A DNA stretch of 64,000 nt, taken from assembly GCA_963707025.1 (NCBI GenBank), contig CAVPOM010000018.1, forward strand, positions 1 through 64,000, in the 5' to 3' direction. Shown here one piece after another: positions 11,091 to 21,489 of this stretch. A program made the translations under genes and the position numbers. This DNA comes from an uncultured Verrucomicrobiae bacterium (GTDB lineage Bacteria > Verrucomicrobiota > Verrucomicrobiia > Limisphaerales > Palsa-1400). The notes beneath the pieces are model-generated. The model made no database searches and had not been told where the DNA came from. It saw nothing but the letters and a program-made list of their open reading frames with translations. Numbering within the stretch: position 1 is the first letter of the stretch; every line of letters begins with the position of its first letter.

Positions 11091-12095
11091 TCAATCCCCG
11101 GCGCGCGGGTCCCAGGCGTCGCGCAGGGCGTCGCCGACGAAATTGAGCGCGAGCAGGGTCAGGGCCAGCATGGCCCCCGGAAAAACAATCAGCCACCAGT
11201 AAATGCGGATGGAGTTGATCTGCTCGCTGCCGCTGGCAATGAGCGAACCCAGACTGGCCTGGGGCGGCTGGACGCCCAACCCCAGCCAGCTCAGAAAGGA
11301 TTCGTACAAAATGATCGAAGGAATCGTCATTGTCAAATATACGATGATCACGCCATAAACGTTGGGCAGGATGTGCCGCCGCAGAATCCGCCCGTGCCCC
11401 GCCCCCAGGACGCGGCTGGCGTCCACAAAGGCGCGATGGCGCAGAGACAGGACCTGGCCGCGCACGATCCGGGCCATGGGCAGCCAGGAGACCGCGCCCA
11501 GCCCGCCAAACAGGGCGGTGAATTGCAGCCATTGCACCGCGCCATCGGAAAGGCGCTCCGGCCCGTTTTGCCATTTCCCCAGCAGGGCGTTGAGGGTGGT
11601 GATGAGGACAATCACAAAGACGATTGACGGCATGGAATAAAGCACATCCACGCACCGCATCAGCACCGCGTCCCAGCGCCCGCCGCAGTAGCCGGCGATG
11701 GCGCCCCACAACACGCCGATGACCAGGCTGACCGCTGTTCCCACCAGTCCGACCAGCAGGGAAAGCCGCGCGCCGCCGCAAACCCGGCTCAACAAATCGC
11801 GCCCGTGAACATCGGTCCCAAACCAGTATTGACTGCCGGGCGGCTGGAATTGGGCGTCGGAAACGGCGTTGGGCGGGTGGGTCATGGCCGCCGGGAGATG
11901 CGGCGCCAGGCTGGGCCGGCTGAAGAGCGGCCAAATCAGGATCCAGGCCACGAGCAAGGCCAGAAGAAACGTGGAGGCCATCGCCACCCGGTTGCGCCGA
12001 AAACGACGCCAGGCCCTCTGATTGGGGCTGAGGCACTCGGCGGGTGACGCGGCGGCGGGGCGGGCGGCGCCGGCGGATGGAGCGTGGCTATTCAT
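11091..12095 (-). CDS. oppC: oligopeptide ABC transporter permease (OppC/DppC)
   Basis: AWRRFRRNRVA, FGTDVHGRDL, ARIVRGQVLSL, ESFLSWLGLG, GDALRDAWDP. Confidence 0.88.
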   Translation of the reverse strand: MNSHAPSAGAARPAAASPAECLSPNQRAWRRFRRNRVAMASTFLLALLVAWILIWPLFSRPSLAPHLPAAMTHPPNAVSDAQFQPPGSQYWFGTDVHGRDLLSRVCGGARLSLLVGLVGTAVSLVIGVLWGAIAGYCGGRWDAVLMRCVDVLYSMPSIVFVIVLITTLNALLGKWQNGPERLSDGAVQWLQFTALFGGLGAVSWLPMARIVRGQVLSLRHRAFVDASRVLGAGHGRILRRHILPNVYGVIIVYLTMTIPSIILYESFLSWLGLGVQPPQASLGSLIASGSEQINSIRIYWWLIVFPGAMLALTLLALNFVGDALRDAWDPRAGD

Positions 12096-13002
12096 ATTTC
12101 ACCCGCGGGTCCAGCGCGCTGTAGGCGAAATCCACGGCCAGATTCAACACCAGCAACAGCACGGCATAAAGCAGCACCAGGCCGACGACCATGGTGTAAT
12201 CGCGATCCAGCGAGCTGTTGACCATGAACACGCCGATGCCCGGTATTTGAAACAGATTTTCCACCACGAACGAACCGGTGAGCAAGTCGGCCAGCATCGG
12301 CCCGGAATAGGACAGGACCGGGAGCACGGCGATGGGGAAGGCGTGTTTAACCAGGACGGCGATTTCGCCCAGGCCCTTGGCGCGGGCGGTGGTGATGAAT
12401 TCGGCCTGGAGGGTGTCAAGCATTCCTTCGCGCATGAGGCGGGCGATGCGGCCGGAAAAATAGAGTCCGAGGGTGAGGGTGGGCAGGATGGCGTGCCAGG
12501 GCGACCCCCACAGGGCGACGGGGAACCAGCGGAGTTTGATGGCGAAGAACATGATGAGGATGGGGCCGATCACCAGCCCGGGCACGCAGATCACCACCAA
12601 CGCCCCCAGGCTGCCGGCATAATCCTGCCAGCGCCCCCGCCGCGCCGCGGTGTAAAAACCCAGCGGAATCCCCGTGCCCAGCGCGAAGCAAAACGCCGCC
12701 GCTCCCAACGTCAGCGAGACCGGCAAACCCTGCCCGATGATGTCGCTGACCGAATGATTCCGGTACTTGAGGGACGGCCCGAAATCGCCGTGCAGCAGGC
12801 CGGCGAGGTAGCGGAGGTATTGCTGCCAGAGCGGTTCGTCCAGGTGGTATTGAGCGCGCAGGTTGCGTTCAATTTCCGGCGAGGCCGGTTTGCGTTCGCG
12901 ATCAAACGGCCCGCCCGGCACGGCGCGCACCAAGGCGAAGGCGAGGAAGCTGATGACCAGCAGCAACGGAACCAGGAAGAGAATTCGCTTCAGGAAAAAC
13001 AT
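12088..13002 (-). CDS. oppB: oligopeptide ABC transporter permease (OppB/DppB)
   Basis: PGGPF, GDFGPS, TARAKGL, GSFVVENLF, LDPRV. Confidence 0.88.
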   Translation of the reverse strand: MFFLKRILFLVPLLLVISFLAFALVRAVPGGPFDRERKPASPEIERNLRAQYHLDEPLWQQYLRYLAGLLHGDFGPSLKYRNHSVSDIIGQGLPVSLTLGAAAFCFALGTGIPLGFYTAARRGRWQDYAGSLGALVVICVPGLVIGPILIMFFAIKLRWFPVALWGSPWHAILPTLTLGLYFSGRIARLMREGMLDTLQAEFITTARAKGLGEIAVLVKHAFPIAVLPVLSYSGPMLADLLTGSFVVENLFQIPGIGVFMVNSSLDRDYTMVVGLVLLYAVLLLVLNLAVDFAYSALDPRVKYE

Positions 13003-13144
13003 TTTCCGGGAAGTGGTCTGTATCAATAACCATCCAACTCTTTCATTCGTTTTTCAAGCGTCTGCGCCATGACGCCAATATCGTAGTTGGCTGTCCTGCT
13101 GACTTCCACAAGGAAACTCAGGCCGTTCCTCTTTCGGTGTTGGG

Positions 13145-13480
13145 TTAAGTTGGGATATGGACCTTCGGCGCGCTTCCGGTCCGGCCGGAGCGGGCCTCAA
13201 GCCATCGCCCAAAGGATTTCGCGCCTTCGCCCGAGGCCCTGCCAGCCAGGATGTTCCCGACACTGACATCCTCGTCCAAATCAGGCCAATGAATTCCTTC
13301 ACCCTCGCCGATAAACCTGTGGTTGGCGCGCTCCTCCGGGGAACCCTGCAACAATCGGGGATACCACGCCAGCGGCACAGAAACGGTGCGGCCATCGGCC
13401 AAATCAACCACCAGAGTGTCCTCAGTCACCCGGACTGCCCTCGCTCGGCTGGCGGCGCTGTCAATCACCAAAGTAGTCAT
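13145..13480 (-). CDS. DUF2442-like protein (putative TA-module partner)
   Basis: LADGRTVSVPLAWYPRL...GIHWPDLDEDVSV. Confidence 0.85.
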   Translation of the reverse strand: MTTLVIDSAASRARAVRVTEDTLVVDLADGRTVSVPLAWYPRLLQGSPEERANHRFIGEGEGIHWPDLDEDVSVGNILAGRASGEGAKSFGRWLEARSGRTGSAPKVHIPT

Positions 13481-13697
13481 GCCATTTTTCCAAGAGTACC
13501 ACCTGATGCTCTGAAATCAACCTGTAAATGTCCACCAGTTCACCCCGGCTGAAACCGCTGCTGGACTCCAACGCCACGGGTTCGAGCCAGTATTTTGCCT
13601 TGCTTCTGTCGCGTTCGACATGCACATGGGGCGGCTCATGGCGGTCTCCGGCGTAGAAGAAGGCGCGATATGGACCTAAACGCAGAACGGTCGGCAT
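13461..13697 (-). CDS. DUF4160-like protein (putative TA-module partner)
   Basis: MPTVLRLGPYRAFFYAGDRHEPPHVHV...AKYWL...LEKWHDYF; overlaps the DUF2442-like gene. Confidence 0.85.
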   Translation of the reverse strand: MPTVLRLGPYRAFFYAGDRHEPPHVHVERDRSKAKYWLEPVALESSSGFSRGELVDIYRLISEHQVVLLEKWHDYFGD

Positions 13698-13747
13698 GAG
13701 CAAATCTGGCCGGTTTTTCCGCGGGTTCCAAGCAATCTTCGCCGGCG

Positions 13748-14950
13748 TCAGGTTCGGAAGAGGACGTCTTCGCGTTTGAAGAGGGCGACGGCCACGGCCA
13801 CGGCCACGGCGGCATAAAGACACATGGAAAGGAAAACCACGGCGATGTAGTTCCAATGAAACAGGCCCGACATGATCTCGCGTCCGGCCAGACTGACGTT
13901 CAACACCGGCACCAAGGCCAGCCCATAATTGAGTTCCACGCCGGGCAGGGCGGCCACCGCCGCCGGCATGACGGTGAGAATCAGCAGCGGCTGGAGATAA
14001 GAGTTGGCCTCCTTGGCGCTGCGCGAATACAAGCCGATGGCCAGCATGGCGCCGGAAAAGAAAATGGCCAGGGGCAGCAACATCACCATCACGGCCAGCA
14101 GCGCGGAGGGATCAATGGTCAGCGGCAACGGATTGCCCTTGGCAGCGTCGCCCACCACTTTCTTGACCATCACCAGGGCCGCGCCGTTGGAAGCCAGGGA
14201 GAGGCAGGCGGTGGCCAGCGACACGGTCAGCACCACCAGTCCCTTCCCCAATACCAGGTGCGTGCGCGCCACCGGACTGCACAACAGGGTTTCCATCGTC
14301 CCCCGCTCCTTCTCGCCGGCCGTCAAATCTATCGAAGGATAAATCGCCCCGGTCATGCACATGACAATCACCAGGTAGGGCAGAATCATCCCGATGAGGT
14401 TGCCGCCGACTTTGCTGGGCGAGGCGACGTTGGTCTTTCGGATGTCAAAAGGCGTGAGCAGTTTTTCCGGCAACTGGTGTTCGGCCAGCCGGTCGCGGAC
14501 GATGTGGTCGCGCCGCGATCGGAAAAACTGATCCAGCGACTGCCAGGCAATCATGGATTTGAATTCTCCTTCGTAAGTGTAAATCGTGACGGCCGTGGTC
14601 TCGCCCGCCTGGATGGCGGCATCAAAGTTTGTGGGAAGGTCCACGGCGGCATTGATTTTCTTGTCGGAAATGAGGTTGGTGAAATCCGGGCTGGGGGGCA
14701 CGAAGGAGAAGGCGTTGGTGGCGCGCAAGGCGGCCATGGTCCTGGGGGAAGCCTCGCCGCCCAGGACCATCACCTTGGGAATTTCCTGGCGCACCTTCCC
14801 GCCGAGTTTGACCGCGGCCATAATCATGCCGGTCATGAGCAGCGGCATCACCAGCACGGGCATGACGATCATGGAAATAATGGTGCGCCGGTCGCGCAGC
14901 AAATCGCGCAGTTCCTTGCGATAGACCAGGCTGATATTGCGGCGGCTCAC
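13748..14950 (-). CDS. ABC-2 permease, NatB-like
   Basis: KELRDLLRDRRT, DLTAGEKERGTMETLL, AKEANSY. Confidence 0.85.
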   Translation of the reverse strand: MSRRNISLVYRKELRDLLRDRRTIISMIVMPVLVMPLLMTGMIMAAVKLGGKVRQEIPKVMVLGGEASPRTMAALRATNAFSFVPPSPDFTNLISDKKINAAVDLPTNFDAAIQAGETTAVTIYTYEGEFKSMIAWQSLDQFFRSRRDHIVRDRLAEHQLPEKLLTPFDIRKTNVASPSKVGGNLIGMILPYLVIVMCMTGAIYPSIDLTAGEKERGTMETLLCSPVARTHLVLGKGLVVLTVSLATACLSLASNGAALVMVKKVVGDAAKGNPLPLTIDPSALLAVMVMLLPLAIFFSGAMLAIGLYSRSAKEANSYLQPLLILTVMPAAVAALPGVELNYGLALVPVLNVSLAGREIMSGLFHWNYIAVVFLSMCLYAAVAVAVAVALFKREDVLFRT

Positions 14951-15684
14951 GGCGTTGCCTCCACCACGCGGACGAAAATGTCCTCCAGGTCCTGGCAGGC
15001 AAAGCGCTCGCGCAACTGCCCCAGGCTGCCTTCCGCCATGATCCGCCCGTGATGAATGATGGCGATGGTGTCGCACAGTTTCTCCATCTCGCTCATGACA
15101 TGGGTGGAGAAAATCACCGTCTTGCCCCGGGCGCGGCATTCGCGGATGAAAGAAACCACGGCGCGGGCGGCCAGCACATCCAGCCCGTGCGTCGGCTCGT
15201 CGAAAATCATGACGGGCGGGTCGTGGATGAGGGTGCGGGCGATGGACACCTTTTGTTTCATGCCGCTGGAAAGTTTGTCGCAGCGGCCGTCGCGGAATTC
15301 ATTCATGTCCAGCGCGGTGAAAAGAGCCTGGAGGCGCGGGCGCAAAACGTCCTCGGCCAGCCCGTGCAGGCGGCCAAAGTATTCCACCAATTCCCGCGCG
15401 GTGAGCCGTCCGTAGAGGGCCGTGCCGGTGGAGAGAAAACCGATGTGGGCGCGGACTTTCTCCGGCTGCGTCACCACTTCATAGCCGGCGACGGTGGCAG
15501 CGCCGGAACTGGGCTGAAGAATGGTGGCCAGCAGGCGCAGGCAGGTGGTCTTGCCCGCGCCGTTGCCGCCGAGCAACCCAAAAATCCGCCCCGGCTGGCA
15601 ACGAAAGCTCACCTGGTCCACGGCGCGGATTTCTCCGCGCTTTTTATCGCGGAAAACCTTGGTCAGTTGCCGGGCTTCGATCAT
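14947..15684 (-). CDS. ABC transporter ATP-binding protein, NatA-like
   Basis: GGNGAGKTT, LSSGMKQKV, FDEPT, STH. Confidence 0.88.
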   Translation of the reverse strand: MIEARQLTKVFRDKKRGEIRAVDQVSFRCQPGRIFGLLGGNGAGKTTCLRLLATILQPSSGAATVAGYEVVTQPEKVRAHIGFLSTGTALYGRLTARELVEYFGRLHGLAEDVLRPRLQALFTALDMNEFRDGRCDKLSSGMKQKVSIARTLIHDPPVMIFDEPTHGLDVLAARAVVSFIRECRARGKTVIFSTHVMSEMEKLCDTIAIIHHGRIMAEGSLGQLRERFACQDLEDIFVRVVEATP

Positions 15685-16365
15685 GGCGTCGTCTCGAAAC
15701 GATAACCGATGTCCCGGATGGTCTGAATAAAAATCGGATGATGCGGGTCCGCTTCCAGCTTGGCGCGCAAGGTGGTGACGCAGCGGTCCACGCTGCGGTC
15801 GGTGACCACCACCTCCTGGCCCCAGAACGGCGTCGAGGATGCCGTCGCGCGTGAGGGCGCGGCCGGCCCGCCTGAGGAAGAATTCCAGCAGCCGGAATTC
15901 CTTGGCGGTGAGGACGATCTCCGCGCCCTCGCGAAATAATTTGTGGGCGGCGACATCGAGGCGGAAGGGGCCAAAATCATATTCGGCTGAGGCCGCGCCC
16001 TGGCGGCGCAGGAAGGCTTGGACGCGGGCGATCAGCTCGCGAATGCTGAACGGCTTGGTCACATAATCATCCGCCCCCAGTTCCAGGCCGCGCACGATGT
16101 CCTCCTCCTGTCCCTTGGCGGTGAGCATGATGATGGGCATGTCCAGTTGGCGGGCGCGGGCGGCGCGGCAAATCTCGTAGCCATTGACCCTGGGCAGCAT
16201 GAGGTCCAGCAGCACCAAATCGGGCGGGTCGGCCAGGAGGGTGTCCAGCCCTTTTTGCCCGTTGTTGGCCAGGCGGACGAGGTAGCCTTGCGTTTCAAAA
16301 TTGTCCTTCAACCCGCGCAACAGGGCGGGGTCGTCTTCAATAATCAAAATGGATTGCGGATTCAT
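15681..16365 (-). CDS. OmpR/PhoB-family response regulator, with apparent frameshift near 15825
   Basis: IIEDD, LLDLMLP, MLTAK, DDYVTKPF; winged helix ...WG...DRSVDRCVTTLRAKL...IQTIRDIGYRF in the shifted frame. Confidence 0.9.
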
Positions 16366-16420
16366 GTTCGTAACCGTTCAGCCGCAGCGCAGGGCCTGGC
16401 GGGTGCGCCCGGCCGGGAAT

Positions 16421-16475
16421 GGCAGGGCGGGCAGTCCTCTGCCCGCCGCGGCGCGCACGGAGTGCGCGCCCTACC
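16421..16475. repeat. REP-like palindromic element, copy 2
   Basis: GGCAGGGCGGGCAGTCCTCTGCCCGCCGCGGCGCGCACGGAGTGCGCGCCCTACC, between the kinase and regulator genes. Confidence 0.85.
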
Positions 16476-16498
16476 TCCCAAGACTGACGCAGGACCAT

Positions 16499-18445
16499 TC
16501 ATTTTCCAGCCTCCTGCAAACTGTGGGACCCCGCCGCCGGAAGGGTAATGGTAAACGTGCTCCCCTGCCCCGGCCGGCTTTCCACCCGCACGCCGCCGTG
16601 GTGGGCGGTGACGATGAATTGCACAATGCTCAGGCCCAGGCCGCAGCCCGATCCGGTGCGGGACAGATGCGGGTCCACCTGGTAAAAACGTTTGAAAATG
16701 CGGCCGGTTTCGCCCTCCGGCAGGCCGATGCCGTTGTCCCGGACGGCGAAAGCGACGCCGCCGTTGCGCGCTTCCGCTGTCAAGACGATTTGTTTTTCAT
16801 CGCCGGAATACTTCCAGGCGTTGTCCAGGAGATTGAGCAGGGCCGTTACCATCGCGCCGGCATCGGCCAGGACGGGCGGCAGCTCCGGCGGGGCGGCAAC
16901 GGTGAAGCGGCAGCCGGGGGTGTTGAAGCGCTCGCGCACGGCAGCGGCGGCGCTGTCCACAATCTGGCGGGCCGGCACGGGGTGGAAGTCGAAGGCGTAT
17001 TTGTCGCGCTCGATGCGGGAGAAGGCGAGGAAATTGTCAATGAGATGGCTGAGGCGAAGATTTTCGCGGGCGATGAGCTGGAGATATTCGCGGGCGGTTT
17101 TTTCCTCCAGCGCCGGCGAGTTCAACAGGGTGTCCACCAGCAGGCGCATGGAGGAAAGCGGGGTTTTCAACTCATGGGTGACATTGGCCACCAGGTCGTT
17201 CTTCAACTGGGCCACCGCCATTTGCCGGCGCAATAAACCAGCGGCGAGCAACCCCAGCGCGATGATCCCGGCGACCGTCAGCACGCCCGTCCACAGCAGG
17301 GTGGCGATGCCTGCGTCCGCCGCCAGGTCCATCGTTTTCTTGTCTTTCCAGGAAAAAGCGATTTTCCAATCCGGCATGTCCGGGCCGATCGGCCTGGAGA
17401 AGAAAGAATCCGCGGACTCGCCGGGTGCGAGAATGGTGGCTTTGATCTCCGCCGGCACGTCGCCAAGCAAAGCCATCGTCTGGTCACGCAAGCTCTTGGT
17501 ATGGTACAGCAAAAGCAGATGGCCGCGCGGGGAGGGAACTTGCCAAAGATCGGGCACTGCGGTGGGCCGCCAACCCGTCTGGGGCGGAAAGACCGGGTTT
17601 GAATCGAGATAGCGGGCAGCCAGGTCTTCGGCATCGAGCGTATGAAACTTTTCCTCATGCGGAAAGAGTTGCTCAAGCCGGCGCATCAGAAAGCGCCGCT
17701 GGGCCGCGGGCATTTCGTAACGGTCATAATCATTCAACTGCGATTGCAGCTTGTTGAAGAGCCGCTTCGCTTGCGCAGGTTCCGAGGGGACCATCAATTC
17801 CAGGGCCATCAATGCCGCATTGGGCGCGATCAGCCGGCCCTGGGCATCGGTGGCGGCGTGAAATCTTTGTTGCGTGAGCGCATTCGTCAGCGCCTCCAGG
17901 GCCGCATTGGTTTGTCGCGCTTGCATCAGACATCGCGCCTTCGCCTGAAAAGCGCGCGCAGCCAGCGTATCGTTTGTCGTGGTCTCGCCAAAGCGGCCAT
18001 AGGCGGCGGCAGCGGCGGCAGGGTCGTTTGCCTCGAGGCGTTCAGCTTCCTCCCACGCGGCGGGGAGCGATACGGGAGGCGGAGACAAGGCGGGACTCGG
18101 GTAGTGAAGCTTGCCCGCAGAATCAAGATAAATCACGGAATCAGCCCCACCGCCCAGATAAGAAAAAGAGGGCGGGAACACAGAATGAGAGTAATTATCG
18201 TCCCAGGCGTCTATGCTGTTCTTCCAAAAGCCCTCCACGCGCCCCGCGATATCAGTAAGCTGTCCCTGATAAAGATCGAGCATCTTTTGCCGCATGGCCA
18301 GCCGCTCGTTTTGCACCGCGCGGTTCATGAACCAGAGCAGGCAAACCGACGGGACGAGCACCACCAGCAACAGCAGCAGCGTCAACCCGCCGCGGCCGGG
18401 CCGGTTGACGCTGAGCGTGAAATTTCTCAGGAAATTTTTCTTCAC
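16499..18445 (-). CDS. membrane sensor histidine kinase with a large periplasmic domain
   Basis: Two TM segments, THELKTPL H-box, NLLDNAWKY, DNGIG, GCGLGL. Confidence 0.92.
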   Translation of the reverse strand: MKKNFLRNFTLSVNRPGRGGLTLLLLLVVLVPSVCLLWFMNRAVQNERLAMRQKMLDLYQGQLTDIAGRVEGFWKNSIDAWDDNYSHSVFPPSFSYLGGGADSVIYLDSAGKLHYPSPALSPPPVSLPAAWEEAERLEANDPAAAAAAYGRFGETTTNDTLAARAFQAKARCLMQARQTNAALEALTNALTQQRFHAATDAQGRLIAPNAALMALELMVPSEPAQAKRLFNKLQSQLNDYDRYEMPAAQRRFLMRRLEQLFPHEEKFHTLDAEDLAARYLDSNPVFPPQTGWRPTAVPDLWQVPSPRGHLLLLYHTKSLRDQTMALLGDVPAEIKATILAPGESADSFFSRPIGPDMPDWKIAFSWKDKKTMDLAADAGIATLLWTGVLTVAGIIALGLLAAGLLRRQMAVAQLKNDLVANVTHELKTPLSSMRLLVDTLLNSPALEEKTAREYLQLIARENLRLSHLIDNFLAFSRIERDKYAFDFHPVPARQIVDSAAAAVRERFNTPGCRFTVAAPPELPPVLADAGAMVTALLNLLDNAWKYSGDEKQIVLTAEARNGGVAFAVRDNGIGLPEGETGRIFKRFYQVDPHLSRTGSGCGLGLSIVQFIVTAHHGGVRVESRPGQGSTFTITLPAAGSHSLQEAGK

Positions 18446-19886
18446 TTCATTTTAAAGGAATCCACAACCGCGTCGAGCGCGGGACGAAAGGCCTCAAAGT
18501 CCTTCGCCGGGATCGAAAACTGGAAGGCCGCGGCATGGCTGCCGATGATGGCAGTGACGCCGTAGCCAACTTGGGGTTTCTCGCCGTCCATGTAATCCGC
18601 CAGGACGCCCAGGGCCGGTTGTCCCGCCACGGTCCGTTCCTGCCAGCTATCGGCGCGGACTTGGAAGTTTTTATAGGTCTTGGCGGCGTCGGCCAGTTCC
18701 TTTTCGACCAGGGCGCGGACGGAGTTGGTGGCCGATTTAGGCTCGATGACCTCCAGGCTGTTCCACTCCAGCAGGCAGGTCCCGGTCAATTCCGGGTCGA
18801 GCAGCGAGAACGGTGGTCTTGGCCTTTTCCTGCGCGGTCGAGCCGATGAGCCAGCCGGCCGGGGCGGCGAGGGAGAAGCCCGCCGGATCAACATAGTTGA
18901 CAGCATCGCTGGGATTGCGCCGGCGTGTGCCGGTCAATTCCATGATCACGCCGCCCCCCTCGATTTTGACGATTTCCCGGGGCGCGTTGGTGGCAATCCA
19001 GAAGACCTGCCCGATGTGCAGGTCCAATCTGTAGCAGGGAAAGGTTCCCGCCGGAACGGTCACCGTTTCCGTCCCGGTCACTTCCAAGGGCAGCGGCACA
19101 ATGGACCCGCCTGCGAGGCTGGAGAAAACATTGACGGTGGACTTGTAGCCCGTGGCCAGGGGCAAACGCCGGAACAAATGGAATGCCTCTTCATTGTCAT
19201 AGACCGGGCTGTCCAAAGGAATCTTGCTGACATCGTCCTTGCCGGCCAGCTTCACCTCCGCGTGATCGGGGGCATAAACGGCATCGGCCTCGCCCAGCAA
19301 GGAGTGTTTCCAAAGGCTGTGGAGCGGTTTCATGGTGTCGGCGTCCACTTCGACACGGCTGCGTTGCCCTATCATGAGGAAGCCGGTCCGCCAGATTTTT
19401 TTGCCGTTCATTTCCCCCGCATCCGCCGTCCAGGCGCCGAAGCCAATTTTGAGGCCGCCGGCCAGCTTGACGTCGAACCGCTCCTCCTCGCCGTCCGCCC
19501 ACGGCGCGGGGAGAAGATCGTTGTTGCGCGCCAGGTAATCGCGCGCGCGGGCCACGAGTTCCTTTTGATCGGGATAATCCTTGATCAGCGCCTCAAAGGA
19601 GGCGGAGGCCGCGGCATAGCTTCGTTTCTTGTACTGACAGACGCCCAAACGGGTACTGGGCCTGCGCCGCCAGCGCCTGGCTGGTTTTGGCCTGCGCGAT
19701 GACCTGCTGATAGAGAGCCATCGCGCCGTCCAGGTCGCCTTTGGTCTCCTCCGAATAAATGGCCATCTCCAGGGTTTCGGAAGGCGAGTCGGCCCGCGCC
19801 AGCGGGGCGGAACTGGTTAGGATTGCGAATGAAAGCAGGGACAAGATTGCTGTTGCCCGGCCCGAGAGAGAATAGTTTATTTTCAT
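18442..19886 (-). CDS. exported TPR plus DUF3108-like beta-domain protein, with apparent frameshifts near 19650 and 18800
   Basis: Signal peptide, helical repeat AQY..GVCQY...FEALIKDYPDQ, ETVTVPAGTFPCYRL motif; three consecutive ORF pieces. Confidence 0.6.
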
Positions 19887-19893
19887 GGGCAAT

Positions 19894-19925
19894 AATCTAA
19901 CGAGCGATTGTTACACAATTATTAC
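19894..19925 (-). promoter_or_regulatory. direct-repeat box GTAATA-N5-GTAACA, followed 9 nt later by -10 TAGATT
   Basis: Minus strand GGTAATAATTGTGTAACAATCGCTCGTTAGATT; same geometry at 21490-21521. Confidence 0.6.
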
Positions 19926-20066
19926 CGCCGCATCCTTTTCTTGTCCACGTTGCAATGGCTGGGCGGTCCGGGAAAGGCTTGCGACTCTTTTTTTCGATAG
20001 GCCAGCCAGTGTGGGTGGGGACTTGTTCGACGCCCACTCTTGCAGGCAGGGTGAGGTGCATTACAG

Positions 20067-20144
20067 CCGTTACACCGTTACAGTTGTTGATTATCAACGG
20101 TTTACGAAAACTGCCCCCGTTACACCCCGTTACATCCCGTTACA
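20067..20144. repeat. five CCGTTACA repeats around the palindrome GTTGATTATCAAC
   Basis: Copies at 20067, 20075, 20117, 20127 and 20137; palindrome at 20086-20098. Confidence 0.75.
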
Positions 20145-20245
20145 TCCAGCTTTCCCTGCCTCATCAAACCGGTGAGATCGTTGATTATCCTACCTCAGTT
20201 CATGGTCTTATTGCTTTGGGGTACGGGGAGAAGAACATTAACTGA

Positions 20246-20302
20246 GGCAGGGCGGGCAGTCCTCCCGCCCGCCGCGGCGCGGAGCGGAGTGCGCGCCCTA
20301 CC
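20246..20302. repeat. REP-like palindromic element, copy 3 (degenerate)
   Basis: GGCAGGGCGGGCAGTCCTCCCGCCCGCCGCGGCGCGGAGCGGAGTGCGCGCCCTACC. Confidence 0.8.
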
Positions 20303-20331
20303 AGCCAAGGCCGGGATGTTGCGTTGCGCGC

Positions 20332-21447
20332 TCACTTCGAGGCGTCCCGTTGCAGGACCAGCGGGATGGGCACGCCTGCCTGGGTGAAGGTGCCGTCGAG
20401 CTTGCCGTCCTTGAGTTCGCCGTCGTAGGCGGCGGCAATGCCACTCCATTCCAGATGAACTTTGGGCGCAGCGCAGGCCACGCTGCTGGCGGGAACGTGG
20501 CCCCCGCCCTGGTCCGGGCTGTCCAGCGTCGCGGTGTAAGCGTCCTCCGGCATTTTGGCGATATTAAAGACGACACGCACTTTGACGGATTGAACGGCCA
20601 GGGTTCCCCGCCAATGACCCTGCAACTCGGCCTGGCTGGTGTAGGCGTAATCGGCTTCCGACTCCGGGGCCGGCGCGTCGCCCGGTTTGGCGCGCTTGAG
20701 GGTGAGCGGAAAAGTTTTGCCGCCTTGCGTCCAAGTTCCGGCCAATTGGCTTTGATCGGCGCTGAGATCGCCCTGGAAGGCCCCGCCGATTTGGTTGAAA
20801 TTCACCTTGACTGTCGGCGCGTCAAAGGAGGCCGAGGAGGCCGCCAGCGCGGTGACTCCCTGGTCCACGCTGTCCATCTCGGCGCGACAGGCGCCATCGG
20901 CATTGGCCCCGATTCTGAAGTTCAAGCGCAGGGGGATTGGCCCGGCCCGCAAAGTTCCCTGCCAGGCGCCTTGCGCGGCTGAGCCGGGCTGGTAGTCGCT
21001 TTCCGCCATCGGTTCCGGGATTTTGTCCGGGGTGGCGGTCCATTGCAGCGTCCAGGGGAGTTTGAGATTGGCTTGTTTCAAGGTCCCCGACATTTGCCGG
21101 CCCGCCGGGTCAACCTTTCCCTCGTAAGACGCGCCCAGTGAAGGCAATTCCGCCGTCACCGTCGGATAATCATAAACCAATTTGCTCACCGGAATGTCGG
21201 CGAGGCGCTGATCAATGCTGTCCAGGGTGGCATGATAGAGGCCGTTGCTTTTGCCAATTTTCAAGACCCCCCGCAAGGAGGCTTGCTGGATTTGGAGAGT
21301 GCCCTGCCAGGCGCCTTCGATGTTGGGCGCGCGCGCCGCGCGGATGGCGTGATAGATTTTGGGGGACAAGGAGGCCAGGGCGGCCACGATGAGGAGGATC
21401 GAGACCACGAGGATGATTTTGTTCAGTTTGGCGGAGTTCATATTCAT
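20332..21447 (-). CDS. membrane-anchored protein with three tandem ~110-aa beta-rich domains
   Basis: N-terminal TM; three copies of G-x-W-x-GTL...(L/M)DS-x-DQ. Confidence 0.75.
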   Translation of the reverse strand: MNMNSAKLNKIILVVSILLIVAALASLSPKIYHAIRAARAPNIEGAWQGTLQIQQASLRGVLKIGKSNGLYHATLDSIDQRLADIPVSKLVYDYPTVTAELPSLGASYEGKVDPAGRQMSGTLKQANLKLPWTLQWTATPDKIPEPMAESDYQPGSAAQGAWQGTLRAGPIPLRLNFRIGANADGACRAEMDSVDQGVTALAASSASFDAPTVKVNFNQIGGAFQGDLSADQSQLAGTWTQGGKTFPLTLKRAKPGDAPAPESEADYAYTSQAELQGHWRGTLAVQSVKVRVVFNIAKMPEDAYTATLDSPDQGGGHVPASSVACAAPKVHLEWSGIAAAYDGELKDGKLDGTFTQAGVPIPLVLQRDASK

Positions 21448-21489
21448 TTTTGGAAGGCGCCAGGGACGATTCCCGCGTTTTCCACGAAC

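Noticed and set aside
14947..16365. 472-aa response regulator-ABC ATPase fusion in the ORF track
   Set aside because: It is produced by the indel near 15825. The regulator's winged-helix end is in another frame and stops at 15681, overlapping the ATPase ATG.
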